NCBI GenBank assembly: GCA_016748015.1
Contig: JAAOMT010000705.1
Coordinates: 4,502-68,501 of the forward strand
Direction: 5' to 3'
DNA from: Geosiphon pyriformis uo1
Taxonomy: Eukaryota; Fungi; Glomeromycota
DNA: 64,000 nt
Shown here piece after piece: positions 1 through 13,539 of this stretch. The position numbers were made by a program, and so were the translations under genes. Numbering within the stretch: the first letter of the stretch is position 1; every line of letters starts with the position of its first letter. The notes below the pieces were generated by a model that had not been told where the DNA came from, did no database searches, and worked only from the letters and a program-made list of their open reading frames with translations.

Positions 1-899
1 ATTCGACTTATTATTGGTTATATATAGAGATTTTATTGGATTCTTAATCAATAAAAAAAATAATTTTCAATTTATAAAAGATTATAAATTATAATAAATA
101 AAAATAAGTTTTATGTTTATTATTAATAAATATTAAATACTTAGTTATTTTAAAGCTTTATTTTATTATTAATAACTTTTTTTACTTGTAAAAAATAGTA
201 TCAGCTATATAAATATTATTGTCATGAGTTTTTAAAGTTCGAGTTTTGGGCAGATAAATAGTATTATTATGTAAATAACTCCAATTATTGATTAAAAAAG
301 AGAGTATATGTGAATTTTTGATTAAGAAAAAAAGTTATTTTTGTTATTAAAATATCTAATATTTTTTATTTTTATTTTTATTGTTATTATTTTTTTACAA
401 ATAATATATATAAGCATTTAATAATGAAAAAATTGAAAAAATTATTTAAAACTATGAAATTATTAAGTAAATTTATATTTGTTAATGTTTATAATTGTAA
501 ATAATCAAGTTTATACTTTTATTGATAAAATTAATTCTTTGTTTTGTTATAATTATAAAAAGAAGATAATATATAATAGCCAAAAAAAAGTGTTTTTAGA
601 CATTAAAAATTAAAAGTTTGTTTAAAAAATAAACATATTAATACTAAATTCATATCTTAACTATTAAAAACTTATTAATAAATAGACTAAACAAATAATA
701 AATAATTAATAAGAAGATATTTTTATAATTGAAAATACTTATTTGCAAAAATTATATATTGGTTTTTTTATTATTAAGTTGTTCATAAAAATTCCAAACT
801 TATGTTTATTTTTTTTTAGTTATAATAACTATTATATTGACTTTAATATTATTATCAAACATATTATTTTTAGAAACAAATATTATTTTGATATTTGTC

Positions 900-2716
900 A
901 TTTTTTAAGTTAAAAAAAGCTAAATTAAGATTTAATCTACTTATATATAAGACTTAGCAAGTTAAATTATAAGATTTTGACTTGTATTATTTTAAGTTAA
1001 AATATTTATAACTTAAATTCAATTCTTAAGAGTTAAATATTAAATCAAAAAGAGTTAATTTAACTTTTTTAAAGCTTTAATAATAAAAAAATAATAAATT
1101 AATCTTAAAATGATTAAAATTTTAGTAAAAATATTTATTAAAAAATTTTATACATAAAAAAAAACACTATAGTAAAAATATTGGTTATTTAAAAACTGAT
1201 TACAACAATAAATAAATTTAAAGAATTATTACTTTTTTAAAATTTAACAAAATTATCAAATTAATATTTAATTTTGAAAAATTTTTAAATAAAACTATAA
1301 CTTTAATTATTAACAAAAAGATTTAAGTAAACAATAATCTTAAAAAACAAAAAAATTATTTAAATTAGGCTGTAATTAAGAAAATTATTATAAATATATT
1401 AAAAAAAATAATTGTTTTAATTTTGTTTAAATTTGGTTAAATAATATTAATCTAATTGTAATTTATTAGACTATAGCAGAAAATTATAATAGAATTTGCC
1501 AAATTAGTTCAAATAAATCTGTTAATATTAAAGTAATTAATTTTAATTAACAAAAATTTAATATATATAATTAAGACTAATATAGATTAAACAACTTAAT
1601 TATTAAAAAATTAATTCAAGATATTATTGTTTATTCTTTTTATAACCACAATTATATATAATTTTAGTATTTTTTTAGAAAAAGCTAATAAAAAAATATG
1701 TATTATTAATTATATATTTACTATAAATACTAAAGTTCAATATATAATAATTTGTTTTAATTTAAAAAAACTTTATATTAAACTTATTATATTATTTTTG
1801 TGTTTAATAAAATTTTTTTTTAAATTAAGCTAATTTAATTTACTATAAAAATTGAAAATTTTAATTACTTTGTTTTAAAATATGATTTTTCTATTTTTTT
1901 TAATAAATTTTCTAAAAAATTTTGTAAATATAAATTTTTTAAGATAAACTGTTTTTATTTTGTTTATTTTAAGCCAAAAAAAAAATTTATCTTATATTCT
2001 GTTATGTTTAATAATAAATCTTAAATTTAAATAATTTTTTTTAATAAACAATTTTTTTTATTTTAAAATGTTTTTTATTAATACTTTTTTTAACCAAATA
2101 TCTTTGATTTTTAAAAAATTAAATTTTTTTTTGTTATTTTATTAATTAAAAATATATTTTTTTCGATACTAGTTATTAATATTGATATAATTTTGAATAA
2201 TTTTTTAAAAAAATTATTAATATACTATTTGTTAATATTTAAATTCTTATTGTTATTATTTTTTAACTAAATAGCTTAAAAGTAAAAGTGTTTGTTTTTT
2301 TGTTGCAATTTTATTAAGACTTGATTAATTGTTTTTTAAACAATTAAATTAGTTTAAAAAATTGTTATATATAATATAAGAGAAATAAACAAGTTTATTA
2401 AAGCAAAAAAACATTATTAGGTAGTACAAAAAAATAAATAATTTGATATTTATAGTTATTAAAACAAAACTAAAAAATTAAATTAGATTTTAAATTAAAA
2501 ACAAGTTTAAAAATATACAAATTTTTATTTTTGGTTTAAACTTTAATTATTTAAGTTTTAAAATTGCAATTATTATAAACAATAGTTTAAATTATTATAT
2601 TTATAAAGTTTTTAAAATAATTGATTAATTTTTGTTAATTATATTGCTTTTTAAAAACAAGTTTTTTGTTTTTATTTTAAATATTTATACTTGAGTTTTA
2701 TTGATTATATTTTTGA
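900..2716 (+). mobile_element. Oldest LINE copy, segment 1 (ORF1 remnant and start of APE endonuclease)
   Basis: Decayed translation resembles the 42311 copy: VNNNLKK..AVIKKI, KFG.IILI.L.FIRL.QKIIIEFA (1325-1500), then KQ.NII..., TKLK and LLFKNKFFVFILNIY (2400-2690). The start is approximate. Confidence 0.7.
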
Positions 2717-3846
2717 TTTTTTTATTATTATGAGGTTTTATGAATAAAACTTAACTGCTATCTAGTATATAGACCCAAACTAAGTAGTTCAGATCAAATA
2801 CAGTTTATGCTTTTACTACATATAACCAGTCATTCGGACCAGATAAAGCAATATTATATGTTTATACTAACAAATATATCACCATCTAAACCAGAAAAAA
2901 AATAACACAATTTGCATTTACTAAAACTAACAGCAAAAAATTTTACAATACCAAGCATATAAACTATTCTATCCAATAAAATAGATATCAAACAATGAAA
3001 TAAGCCTGAAATCACACTCTTGTCTCTAACTAACTTAGTTCTTTTTATATTTGCTTTGTGTTTGAACCAAACAAGTCACATCTTAATACAATATAACTCT
3101 ATCATAAACCTAATATAATTAATAAGATTTGAAGCAGTTTTTTTTCTCCTATTAAAGACCAAAACAGCTTCAGCAAACCAATTTTTTAACACAAAACTTT
3201 TACAAATTCTAGTATACAGACTTATATTCAAAGAACACATTGACAATAAATGTAGAATAGCAAAAGCAGGCAAACAAAAACCACTAGCCAATAATATTTA
3301 TTTCTTAACAGTTTCAGCCAAAGTGTCTTCATAGAAACCAACATTACTAATACAAGTAAAAGCATAGTCAGACAATTCAACTTTACTGTATAGTAAACAT
3401 AGTATCTTAAAATAATTCTTGTAATATAATCTCTTCTTAACTACTACTGACAATTATTTATATATTGCCTTTATCAAATATGTATACAAATTAGCCAAAG
3501 TTCTGCTAGTGAATTCAGAGAGCATGTGTAAATCAGAATGCAAGACTCTTACAATAACAGCCCAATCTATCTTCCCAATTATAATACTTGGAATCACATT
3601 ATAACCAAAACCAGTCTTCTAATGAACACAACAAATTAATCAGTACAAATTACATATAAAGTGACAAGTATTATCAGACACAGCCATGTTTTCAACTACT
3701 AAATACTGTTTTTGAATTCCAAAAAACAAAGAAAAAGAAGATAAAATGGCCTTATCAGCCAATATATCAGCCCTTATATTGCTCGAAATTTCCAAATGTT
3801 CTTTAATCTTTATTTACTCAACAGAAATATCTTTATTCTTAATAAA
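2717..3846 (-). mobile_element. 5'-truncated LINE (RNase H C-terminus, CCHC finger, 3' UTR) nested in the oldest LINE
   Basis: Minus strand reads IKIKEHLEISSNIRADILA (RNase H WxKVKGHSG..GN..AD) and LCLLYSKVELSDYAFTC. It has the family 3' UTR and a TAA/A tail at 2717-2850. Candidate TSD atttttga at 2709-2716 and 3847-3854. The host endonuclease frame resumes after 3847. Confidence 0.8.
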
Positions 3847-5878
3847 ATTTTTGAATTAAGCTAATAAAATCAATTTTTTTATAATTAAAACCATGAATAA
3901 AAGTTTTTATTATTTTAAAAAGCAATTTTAATGAAAATAATTTTAGAAAAAATACTAATTTTAGAAAATATTTAGATTTAGGTTTGGTTAATTTTTTAAT
4001 AAGTAGTTTTATAATTAAAACAATAATATAATACAATTTATAAAAGATTATAAAAACTATTAATTATATTTTTCTTTTTGCTTTGCTTATTAACATTGTA
4101 ATTAATTATAATATTTTAGATATAAATATTTTTTTTAACATTAATTACAAAGTTATTTTTATTTTAGTAAGCTTGAATAGCTTTTTTAATATATAATTAA
4201 ACTTTTTACAAAAACAAATTAATAAAAATTGGTAAAAATACAATTTAAAATATAAAAATAATATTAAATAGATTTACTTTAAAAATATTACTCTGTTAAA
4301 AATAATAAAACTGTTTAAAAAAAAATTTATTTTTTAAAAAAACGGAAATTTAAAAATAATATAAATATAAAGTATTTTTAAAATCTAGTTTTATAGTTTT
4401 AATAATATTATGTATTTGAAAATTTTTTTAAATTGAAACTTTTAGTATTTAAAATCGTTAAAACAACTGATATTATTTTGGCTAAAAAGTTTTTATATTT
4501 ATTAAACTTGTAATTTTTTTTAATTAAGTTACAATTTTGAAAATTCAAATTTTAATAAATATAATCTCTAATTTTGTTATTATCAAGTCTGGTTTATTAA
4601 AAGCATGTTATTATTATTGGACTTTTAAATTACATAAGTTTTAAGTAATTAAAAATACATGAATTAAATTTGTTATTTTTAAGCATATAAAAAGTTTTGT
4701 TAATAACAAAAATTATATAATCAAAAATAGTTTAAAATATTATTTTACAAGATAATATTAAATTATTTAGTGGTTAATAATAATAATTTAAATTTATTTT
4801 ATATTAAATTTGAAGTTAATTAGATTATAAAAAAATAATTTAAAAAAATTATTTCTAAAATTATTTTAGCAATTTAATATAATTAATATACTTTTTTGAT
4901 TTATTGATTTAAGTGTAAATAATTTTTAGAGTTTTAAAAAGTTTTGTTTATATATTTTTAAAAAAAATCAATTATTAAGTTAATAATCACATTAATAATT
5001 TAGTTAATAATTACTTTTAAAAATAAATGACTATTTAATAATATTAATAATTTATATATATGATTAATTATAACTAAGTAAATAAATAAAACTTAAAAAT
5101 AAAAGTTTTAATTATAATATTATTATTTATAAAGACTTTAATATTAATATATATAACTAAATCTATAATAATATTATTTTTTTTATTTTTTTTGATTTGA
5201 ATAATTGTAGTTTTTATAAAGTATATTGAATAATTATTTATTAAAAAATAAAATTAATACTTAATATTAAATCCAAAAAGTGCTAACATAAATTATATAG
5301 AATTATATTAGTGTATTATTTTTTATTAATAATATAAATTATTTTTAGATTTTTAGATTTTTTTGTTATTTTTTAAAAAGAATAATAAATGAAATATTTA
5401 TAAAATTAATCTTGAATATTAAATTTTTACTAATTTAATTTATTTATTAAAATTAAATTACTTTTTAATTATTATATAATATTGTTTTTTTGCTATTTAT
5501 TAGTATATTATATCTAACTATAATAATAAAATTTAAATTATCAGTGATTATATTATTATACAAAAAATTTTAAACATAATTATTTAAGTTTTTATTATTA
5601 ATAATATTTTACAAACAATAATAAAACTATTATTATTTTTATTAATATTATTAATATTATTAATTTATTAATATATAATAATTCTATTATTATTGCTAAA
5701 ACAAATTAATTTTATAATACTTAAATATTATGTTTTTTATTAAAATATTTAATATTTCTAATTTAAAAAAAAGAAATTTAAATGTTATATTTTTTATAAT
5801 CTTAAATTTTAAAAGTTAATTTTAAATAAACAATTAGTTTATATTATTATAATAATTTTTGTTTTTATAATTAATATT
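3847..5878 (+). mobile_element. Oldest LINE copy, segment 2 (endonuclease C-part, linker, RT; internally deleted and heavily decayed)
   Basis: ANKINFFIIK..SNFNEN..RKYLDLGLVNF matches QAGEINSLIAKAVN..GGDFN..CFNLGLINS of the reference copy. NNNKTIIIFIN and ..KQLVYI near 5620-5860 match the RT thumb region. Confidence 0.7.
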
Positions 5879-6008
5879 TTTTTTATTAATTGTTTTACAA
5901 ATACAATCCAATTACTACCTAAAATTATAAAATTATATAAAATTTTATATTAAGTATGGCTCATGCTTTTTTATATATAATTAACTACTTAAGTTAATCA
6001 AAACAGCA

Positions 6009-9000
6009 CTATATTCTTAAACTACTTATAACAAAAAAGTTATACAAAAAACTAAAATATATACTGGAAAATTAAAATACAAACCAAAATAAACATAAAC
6101 ACCCAATCTAATACTGAACTCATAAATTATTTTAAAAAACCACAAAAATGTCAAATTAAATACAGCCAAAATTATGAACTTATTATATAATAAAAAACAA
6201 TACTTTTTATAATGCACTCTCAGCTTGGCAGTTGACAACCATATAGTAGATCTGTGATTTTTAGTAAAATTTCAGTCCAAATTAATGACTAATAATATAT
6301 TATTAGACTAATTACCCAATAAACATACTGTATTAACTATTTACTTCCTTATTACAAAATCTTTGACCAGTAATATATACAAACAGTTAGAAGATTCAGT
6401 CTTATACAAAGACTGAATTATTATATTATTAGTAGTACAGACATTCAATAAACCAGTTTACATTTTAATAGTTTTTAAAATCAGATCTAATTTAGTGCTA
6501 TTATTATAGATACAAAAAAATGTGTATTTAAAATCCTTAATTAATTTATATTAAATATACAACATATTAGAATAGCTTGAATTATATAGTCTCTTTCTTT
6601 TTACTACAGATAACTGATAATGTAGAGATTTTATAAAGTAAAACTAAAGTGTTGTAGAAATTGAGCTGGTAAAATTTGAACAAATTCGATTATCAAAATA
6701 CTATATATTAAAAGTTCTATATATATTAATTAGGTTATATATAGTCTTGTTTACAGCATTATTGGCATATTTGAAATTTCAATTAACAAAACTAATGGTT
6801 TTAAAAAAACACCTAGCAAAATAACAGATGTTCTCAAAAACAAGTCTGTTTTTAATAGTGAAAAATCAGCATAACACTTTAACAGGTAGCATAAAGTCAG
6901 ATATGATGACAGTATCAATAAAAAAATTACCATATTTATTGCCAACAATTTTTAATTAATTAACAAATTTTTGAAACCAATAGTCTAATGAATATGTTCT
7001 CTTTTTATTCAATATTTATTACAAAAATCAAGACTGACATTTTTTTTAATTAAGACACTTATATTTAATAACATTTAACTATTTATAAACAACATAATAA
7101 ACACTAAAACATGTTTTAAAGCAAAAACAATAGCTTGTAGTTCTATTAAAGTTAAAGATAATAAGCTATTTACTTTAACACTTATATTTATGTTAATGTT
7201 TAGAAAATAGACAACAGCACTACTATGAACATTTACAGATTCCAAACTCTTGACTAAACTATTTGTATAAACAACAATATTATTAAACTTATTTTTAAAA
7301 AAATGTTTATCAACAGAATTAAATTCACTTAAGTATTAAACAAAAGTGGTTTAAAAAGTCAAAGGACTACTGCTATTTAAACCATTATTTTCAATAAACT
7401 TGACCAGCAAACTGAATTAATTAGGAACTGAATCTTTAAAATTCAGTTTTTTTTATTTATAAAATATACTTTATATAAAACATATGTCACAACAATCCAG
7501 AAGTTAGTTTGCAAAAACAATACAAAATCTTTTCAACAAACTTACTATACTCAAATATTATTTCAAGTTCAATACATCTGCAATAGTGATGCTATTATCA
7601 ATCTAAAAAATATTAGACAGATTATTGCTTAAGAATAATCCAAAAAATACAAAAGTATTAATAATATCAGCTAGAAAACAGTTGATAAAATTAATTGAAA
7701 ATATAATTGAAAAACAAAAAAGTTGTTAAGGCATTTAATTAATGACCTGCAAATTCATAGTTTTATGTTCAAACAATCTGTGAGAATGTTTTTCAAGTTG
7801 GCAAAAACTATTATATTTGTCAAAAAATTTTTGGCTTGCATTTGTTTAAATAATTTTAGACCATATAACTCAGAATAAATAATGGTTTTATTAGAAAAAT
7901 TCTTAAACAAATTGGTTTTAAGTTTTAGTTTTTTTCTCAACATTTTGTCTTATTTTTTATATGTATTTACAAAAACATGACTAAATTACAGTCTGTAGCC
8001 AACTATTGGCTACAGGATAGCAGACATTAGATACAAAAATTGCTTATCAAACACAGTCTTTTTCAAAACCAGATTTGTAAAAAAATTAATGTTTAAGTAA
8101 ATCTTAATAAGATTTGATTTAAAAAGACTATTTATAGACAAAAAAATGCCCAAATATCTATATAATTCACTTTTTTTAGCTATAAAAATATTTAATTTAT
8201 TTATTACTAAATAAAAAATCTTTACTCTATAATTAATAAATATGATAACCATCTTATCTGTATTAATTGAAATGTTATTAATTTGAAAAAATTCATTAGC
8301 TATATTCAAAATATACTGAGTAGTGGCCATGCCATTTCCAACCCAAATTGTGTCATTCACAAAAGTCTTTGCTATTAGAAAAAATATTATTCTACTTCTA
8401 AATTTTGCTTGCCAGTTTGCATAAAAAATTTTAAATCTAATTTGTAATTATACAAACTGCTATGCTTTTTGATTTTACAGAACAAAGAATTGTAAAAAAT
8501 TTTTTACAGTAGAAACAAAAATATTTTACTCTGATCCAGTTTATTATAAACAATATACTCTTTTATAAACTTAAAATTTGTTATCACTCAGTTGATTTAA
8601 TTATTGTATATATTCTCAAACAACCTAATATAATAAAGACATATTTTGATTTTAGCCAAATTGTTTTTCAAATAAAACTATCTAACAGAATTGTATATTT
8701 TACACATATTCTAAAAGACTAGTTACAACTTTCTGTTTTTTCTCAATACATTTTTAATAATAGAATTAACAGTAAAAATTGGAATTTGAATGAACATGTC
8801 TTTTAAATTGAGAAATTATTATTATGCAAGATTTAAAATTACTACAGCCTAAAAAAATTCTATTTAAAAGAATCTTAGATAAAATTTTTCAGGCTTTTTT
8901 AATTAAGACTATAAGTTTGGTATTTGTAAGAACCTTTTTTTAATCATATAGCTTTAGTATTATAAAGACCCAAACTCTTTTTTATTGTATAAAAACTATA

Positions 9001-10631
9001 TTTAACACCAAATATATATTAAAAATATTCAATAAATCATCTAAAATCTGCATATTACTATGTTTTCAGAGCTCATTAGGAATTTCAGAAAAATCAACTG
9101 CTTTTCTATTAGGTAAATTCTTGACAACTTACAGAAATTTATCAAACTTAATATTACATATTACTTTTAAGAAAGCATTATTATTAACATAATCCAGAAA
9201 AGCATATTAATTAAACTATCTATCGAATAACATATTGAGCACTACATACTTTTTTGTTTATTTTTTTATAATTGTGTTAATTGTAAACTTGACTTTATGT
9301 GGCTTTAAAATTAGTTTATTATTAACTACTAAATAATTGAATACCATTTTTTTAAAAGACAAATTAAAACATTCTTAATTATTCTTCTCTTATTAGAACA
9401 AAAATTTTTCATATACTTATTTATAACTTTTCTAATGAAATTTTTTTTAGTAATCTTAAATTTATAATACTTGGATTTATAGTACTTTTTTTAACTTTCA
9501 ACAGATAATATAGAATTTTTTCTAATTTTTTATTATTATCAATCATAATACACAATTCAAAAGCCTTTTTTTTATCAATATTAATTCAGATATTAATAAA
9601 ATAATTAGTTTTAGAATTTAGAATTTAAGCTTTTCATAATTTTGGCCACTAATAACTTCAGTTTGAAAAACTTGAATAATTATCTGTTTTTTGAACACTC
9701 AAATTTACTAAACCAAAGTCTAAAAAATATTGTATTAATAGAGCTTATTACTATTTTTTTTAAAATTTTTTACATAGTATCCAGCTTATTACAATCTTTT
9801 GTACTATTAAAATCAACTATCTTTTTCAAAAATTTGTCTAATAAAAGCTTTTTAAATTGCAACTACTTATTAACTTTATTATCCTTAATTTTAAGCTTTT
9901 ATCTATTCTTATTAGTCTGTTTACAAATATTATTAAGACAAATATTTAAGAGCTTATCTAAGCCAATCACAATTGAAGCTGCCTTGTGATTAGTATCAAA
10001 GAACTTAAATATAGTGTCAATTTTATGACTAATGATTACAAATACTAGATTTTGGTTTACAAAAATAAAATCAAAAATCTTTTCAGCATCTCTAAAATTA
10101 TCTCAAATAGAAGTCTTGGCCAATAAATGTCTACTAAATGAGTTAATTAAGTCTAAATTCATACAAAACCTAAAACTTGCACTTTTTTTTAAACTGTCTT
10201 TATTAAAATTTTCACCCAATACCACAAAAATACTTGAGTTAACTGCCTTAACAATGAAAGAGTCGATTTTTAATGCTTGACAAAATCTGGTTTCAACAAA
10301 AGCACTTATATATAAACCAAAAATCATAATTAATAATTTGCTTTTGAACAGAAATTTTTTCTATCTTTGAAACATGTCAAGCCAGAGAATTGTCTATAAT
10401 AATTATCATTCTAATACCAAAAAAGCTTTTGTTCAAATCAAATGTAAAAATTTTTATTTTATTAAACTTACTTACAATCTATGACCTAATATAAAATCTT
10501 AACTTTGTTTTTATATAATAGAAATCCTATTATTTAATTTTATATATCAACAAACAATATTCTTCTATTTAGCAAAAACATTAATATTATAAACATTATA
10601 TGTAGCAATTTTTTAAATTAAATCAGTTATT
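6009..10631 (-). pseudogene. LINE ORF2 (APE-RT-RNase H-CCHC), disrupted
   Basis: ORF 10103-10327 (VLGENFNKD = GGDFN, endonuclease) and ORF 8010-8360 (NDTIWVG...RYLGIFL, RT domains 5-7). RNase H motifs lie near 6900-7270. Confidence 0.85.
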
Positions 10632-12228
10632 AAGATAAAACAAATACAAAACTTAAGTCAGCATACAACAAATTTAACTTTGCTAAAACAAAATCAATAG
10701 AAGTTTTAAGAGCCACCAATTTTGATTTTAGACAGCTTATCTTAATGGTTAAGATTTTTGAATTGCTTAAACTTAATATTAAAGTCTTAGTCAAAACCAA
10801 AGAAAAAAATAGGAGTAAGATCTGTGAATTATTTAATACTATACTTAAATTTAAATTTAAATCAAAAGTTAATAGACCCATAAAAACTTGCAACAAAAGA
10901 AGTAAAACTAAAAGCATTAACTTTATATCACTAAATTTACATATAATATTTAATATTTAATCAGCCAGTAGCTTCAAAAAGCATTTCAAAGAAGCTAACT
11001 GAGTATTTAAAAAAGAGTTATCTAGCAAATTAGAAGAAATTTTTCTATTAAAACAAACTTTTTAAATACTTTTAAAGATAGAGAAATATGAGGACCAAAT
11101 GTATTATACTCTAAAGTAAAATGATCAAAATTTTCATATTTCTTACATCAAATTAAATCAATCCTAGCCAAAGAAAATTTTATATTACTAAAAATTGGTT
11201 TTGTACAAAAGATAAATTTTAGCTTTTTATCTAATTTAAAACCAATTACAGTACAGCAAACTTTGTTGCCAGTTTTAAATAATTGATTTATAATACAAGT
11301 TTTTTTACCAGTTCTTTCTAATAAAAAATTAAAATTATAAGCAGTTGTTTTTACAGACAAAGTAAACAGAAGTGCTCTAAACTAATCTCTTAATATTCAT
11401 ATATTACAATTTTTTACAGCTTTGATTACAGCTTTCTGTTACAGCCCAATAAGTTTTAATTTGATCAACACAATTTGATCATATTCAGATACTGCAGCAA
11501 TGATTATTTTTTTGGCATGTTTATGAAAATTTCCTTGATTATTACAGTCTAATCTGACCTAATTTTTTGTCTCTTGAGATTATTGTTTATTTTGATTCTT
11601 TTTTTTTAAACAATAATACAGTTTTATTCGTATTTTTTTCTAAAGTAAATGTTGATTTAATGATTCCTTTAAATTTTAAAAGAGTAGTAATATCCTTAAA
11701 ACCATTGATTGCTGAAAAAATTTTTCTGATAATCTGAGTTTTGGCTATACCAATTTTTTTTCCATAGCTAAAAAATTAATATCTAATACAAAGAATTTTC
11801 TAATGATCACTTTGATCTGGATTTTTACTATCTTAAAATCTATCTATCTTTTTTTAGGAGAAAAATTAAAAAAAAGAGAAGAGTTTTTCATTCTCATCTA
11901 TGTCATAATTAATTGAGCCAATAAGAAAGCCACAAACTATACCAGAATTTATCCTCTTTGCTTTAAAGATATTTGCTATCAAGCCAAAAGAGAGCCACCA
12001 CTAATACTTAATAAGACACTATCATCCTTACTATTACCAGGCTCACTGTTTATATCTGAGTATACACTAATGTTATACCAGATTTAACTAAAGAGATATC
12101 TTTTACATTACCAAAATACTTGATATTACCAACTAAATTCTTTTTTTGGAAAAAAAACCTTTAACAGAACTATAAAAAGCTCTCTTGGGTGCTTTTTTTT
12201 TAGACATAATACTATCTGAGACAGCCAT
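10630..12228 (-). pseudogene. LINE ORF1 (RRM + CCHC nucleic-acid chaperone), disrupted
   Basis: ATG at 12228 (MAVSDSIMSKKKAPK). ORF track 11148-11360 (TTAYNFNFLLERTGKKTCIINQ...ARIDLI) is followed by a decayed CxxCxxxxHxxxxC. The C-terminus is in ORF 10630-10917 (LKSKLVALKTSI). Confidence 0.8.
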
Positions 12229-12378
12229 TTGGTTTATCACAAAAGGATTATTTGCTTGAGAAATTTTTACAAAAAAATAACCAAAAAAAATAAAAACTTT
12301 TTTTTAAAAATATGCTTTTGAGAAATTTGAAATGTAGAAGAGAAAAAAGTATTTTTATTTAATATTATACTTAATTTA

Positions 12379-12984
12379 CAGAGGGTGATCAAAAGTTTCC
12401 GAACAAGATTTTATTTAACAATAATATTTATTTTTTTATAAAATAAAATAAAATAAACAACATATTTATAATTTTATAGTAATTTTCTAAATTTTTCTCT
12501 TAAGTGTTACTCAACGTTTAAGTCGGCGATATTTTTGGTGAGTAAATGGACGTGGACGTCCTGAACGAGGTCTTGAATCAATTGAACCAGTTTCTTTAAA
12601 TCGTTTTATTGTATCCGAAACTGTTGTCAAGCTGCAATTGACTATGTTGGCAATATCACGATATTTCTTGCCATGCTGTTGTAATAAGCATATAGTATTA
12701 CGTTGAGCAATCATTAATTCTTTTTTTGCTCCCATTTCATTTTAATAAAAACGACGAAAAAATCTTATATGCACGTTACATTTCATTTTTAGAAAAAAAC
12801 GAGTATGAATAAAATCGATTATGCGCGTCGCGAAAAAACATTATACACACGTGTTTAAAAAATAAAAAACGCGTAATTAAATAATTAACTAACTTAATTT
12901 AGTAATAAACTTGTGCTTTTCTAATTATTCAAGCATGTGGAATGTTACTCCAAAGTTTGTTCGGAAATTTTTGGACACCCTTTG
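12379..12984 (-). mobile_element. Internally deleted (non-autonomous) Tc1/mariner DNA transposon, 606 bp
   Basis: 28-bp TIRs: cagagggtgatcaaaagtttccgaacaa (12379-12406) versus the reverse complement of 12957-12984, caaagggtgtccaaaaatttccgaacaa (4 mismatches). TA TSD at 12377-78 and 12985-86. Removing it restores the host LINE frame T*FSFI (= TQFSFI). Confidence 0.93.
12511..12735 (-). CDS. Truncated Tc1-like transposase: N-terminal HTH DNA-binding domain plus GRPR motif, no DDE domain
   Basis: MGAKKEL...GKKYRDIANIVNCSLTTVSDTIKRFKETGSIDSRPRSGRPR is the typical Tc1 paired-like HTH followed by the GRPR AT-hook-like linker. Confidence 0.88.
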   Translation of the reverse strand: MGAKKELMIAQRNTICLLQQHGKKYRDIANIVNCSLTTVSDTIKRFKETGSIDSRPRSGRPRPFTHQKYRRLKR

Positions 12985-13530
12985 TAGTTTTATTAATAAT
13001 AAAATTTTAACAAAATAAGATAATTTAATTTATAAATACATTAAAATAAAAATTAATTTATTCAAATATTTTTATTATATAATATTAAGATCTTTTATTA
13101 GATAAAAACTAAAAATAAAATTGTTTTTATTTAAAAATTTGTAGATAATTTCAGTTTGCTAAAATAGTTGTTTGTATATAGATTTACTAACTTATATATT
13201 TTTAATAAAAAGCTGTTAATTTATTTTAAATTATCTAAAAGTTATTATAAATTTTGTTAATTTTTTTTTAATTAGTATAATTAGTCTATTAAAAAAATTT
13301 GAAATTATTTTAAATACTATTAAAATTTATTTATTTTGTTGTAGTTTAAAATTGTTTGTTTTTTTATTTTAAACAAATTTAATTTTCAAAAATTGATAAA
13401 ACATTTAAAAAAATTAAGTATTGCTTTTGTTAATTAGTTTATAAGCAAAAATAAAAAAGTTTTTAATTAAAAAAGTTTAAAAAAAAAGTATTTTAAATCT
13501 AAAATTTAATACTAAATTAATTTAAAATGT
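12985..13530 (+). mobile_element. Oldest LINE copy, segment 3 (RT-RNase H linker)
   Basis: SFI...K.DNLIYK, KTKNKIVFI and KKLSIAFVN.FISKNKKVFN match reference FSFI..KWDTLICK, AESKSA and YSIAFIEQLCDRNSVVFD. Confidence 0.65.
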
Positions 13531-13539
13531 TTTAAGTTT

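Larger units (their letters stand above)
5879..12351 (-). mobile_element. Full-length degenerate LINE nested in the oldest LINE
   Basis: ORF1, ORF2 and 3' UTR are all present in order on the minus strand. A degenerate TSD tttttat(aa/t)taatatt lies at about 5862-5878 and 12352-12366. The host frame continues across the insertion. Confidence 0.85.

Noticed and set aside
1-900. Possible LTR or element end at the window start
   Set aside because: Too decayed; no terminal motif, TSD or homology to other parts of the window could be supported.
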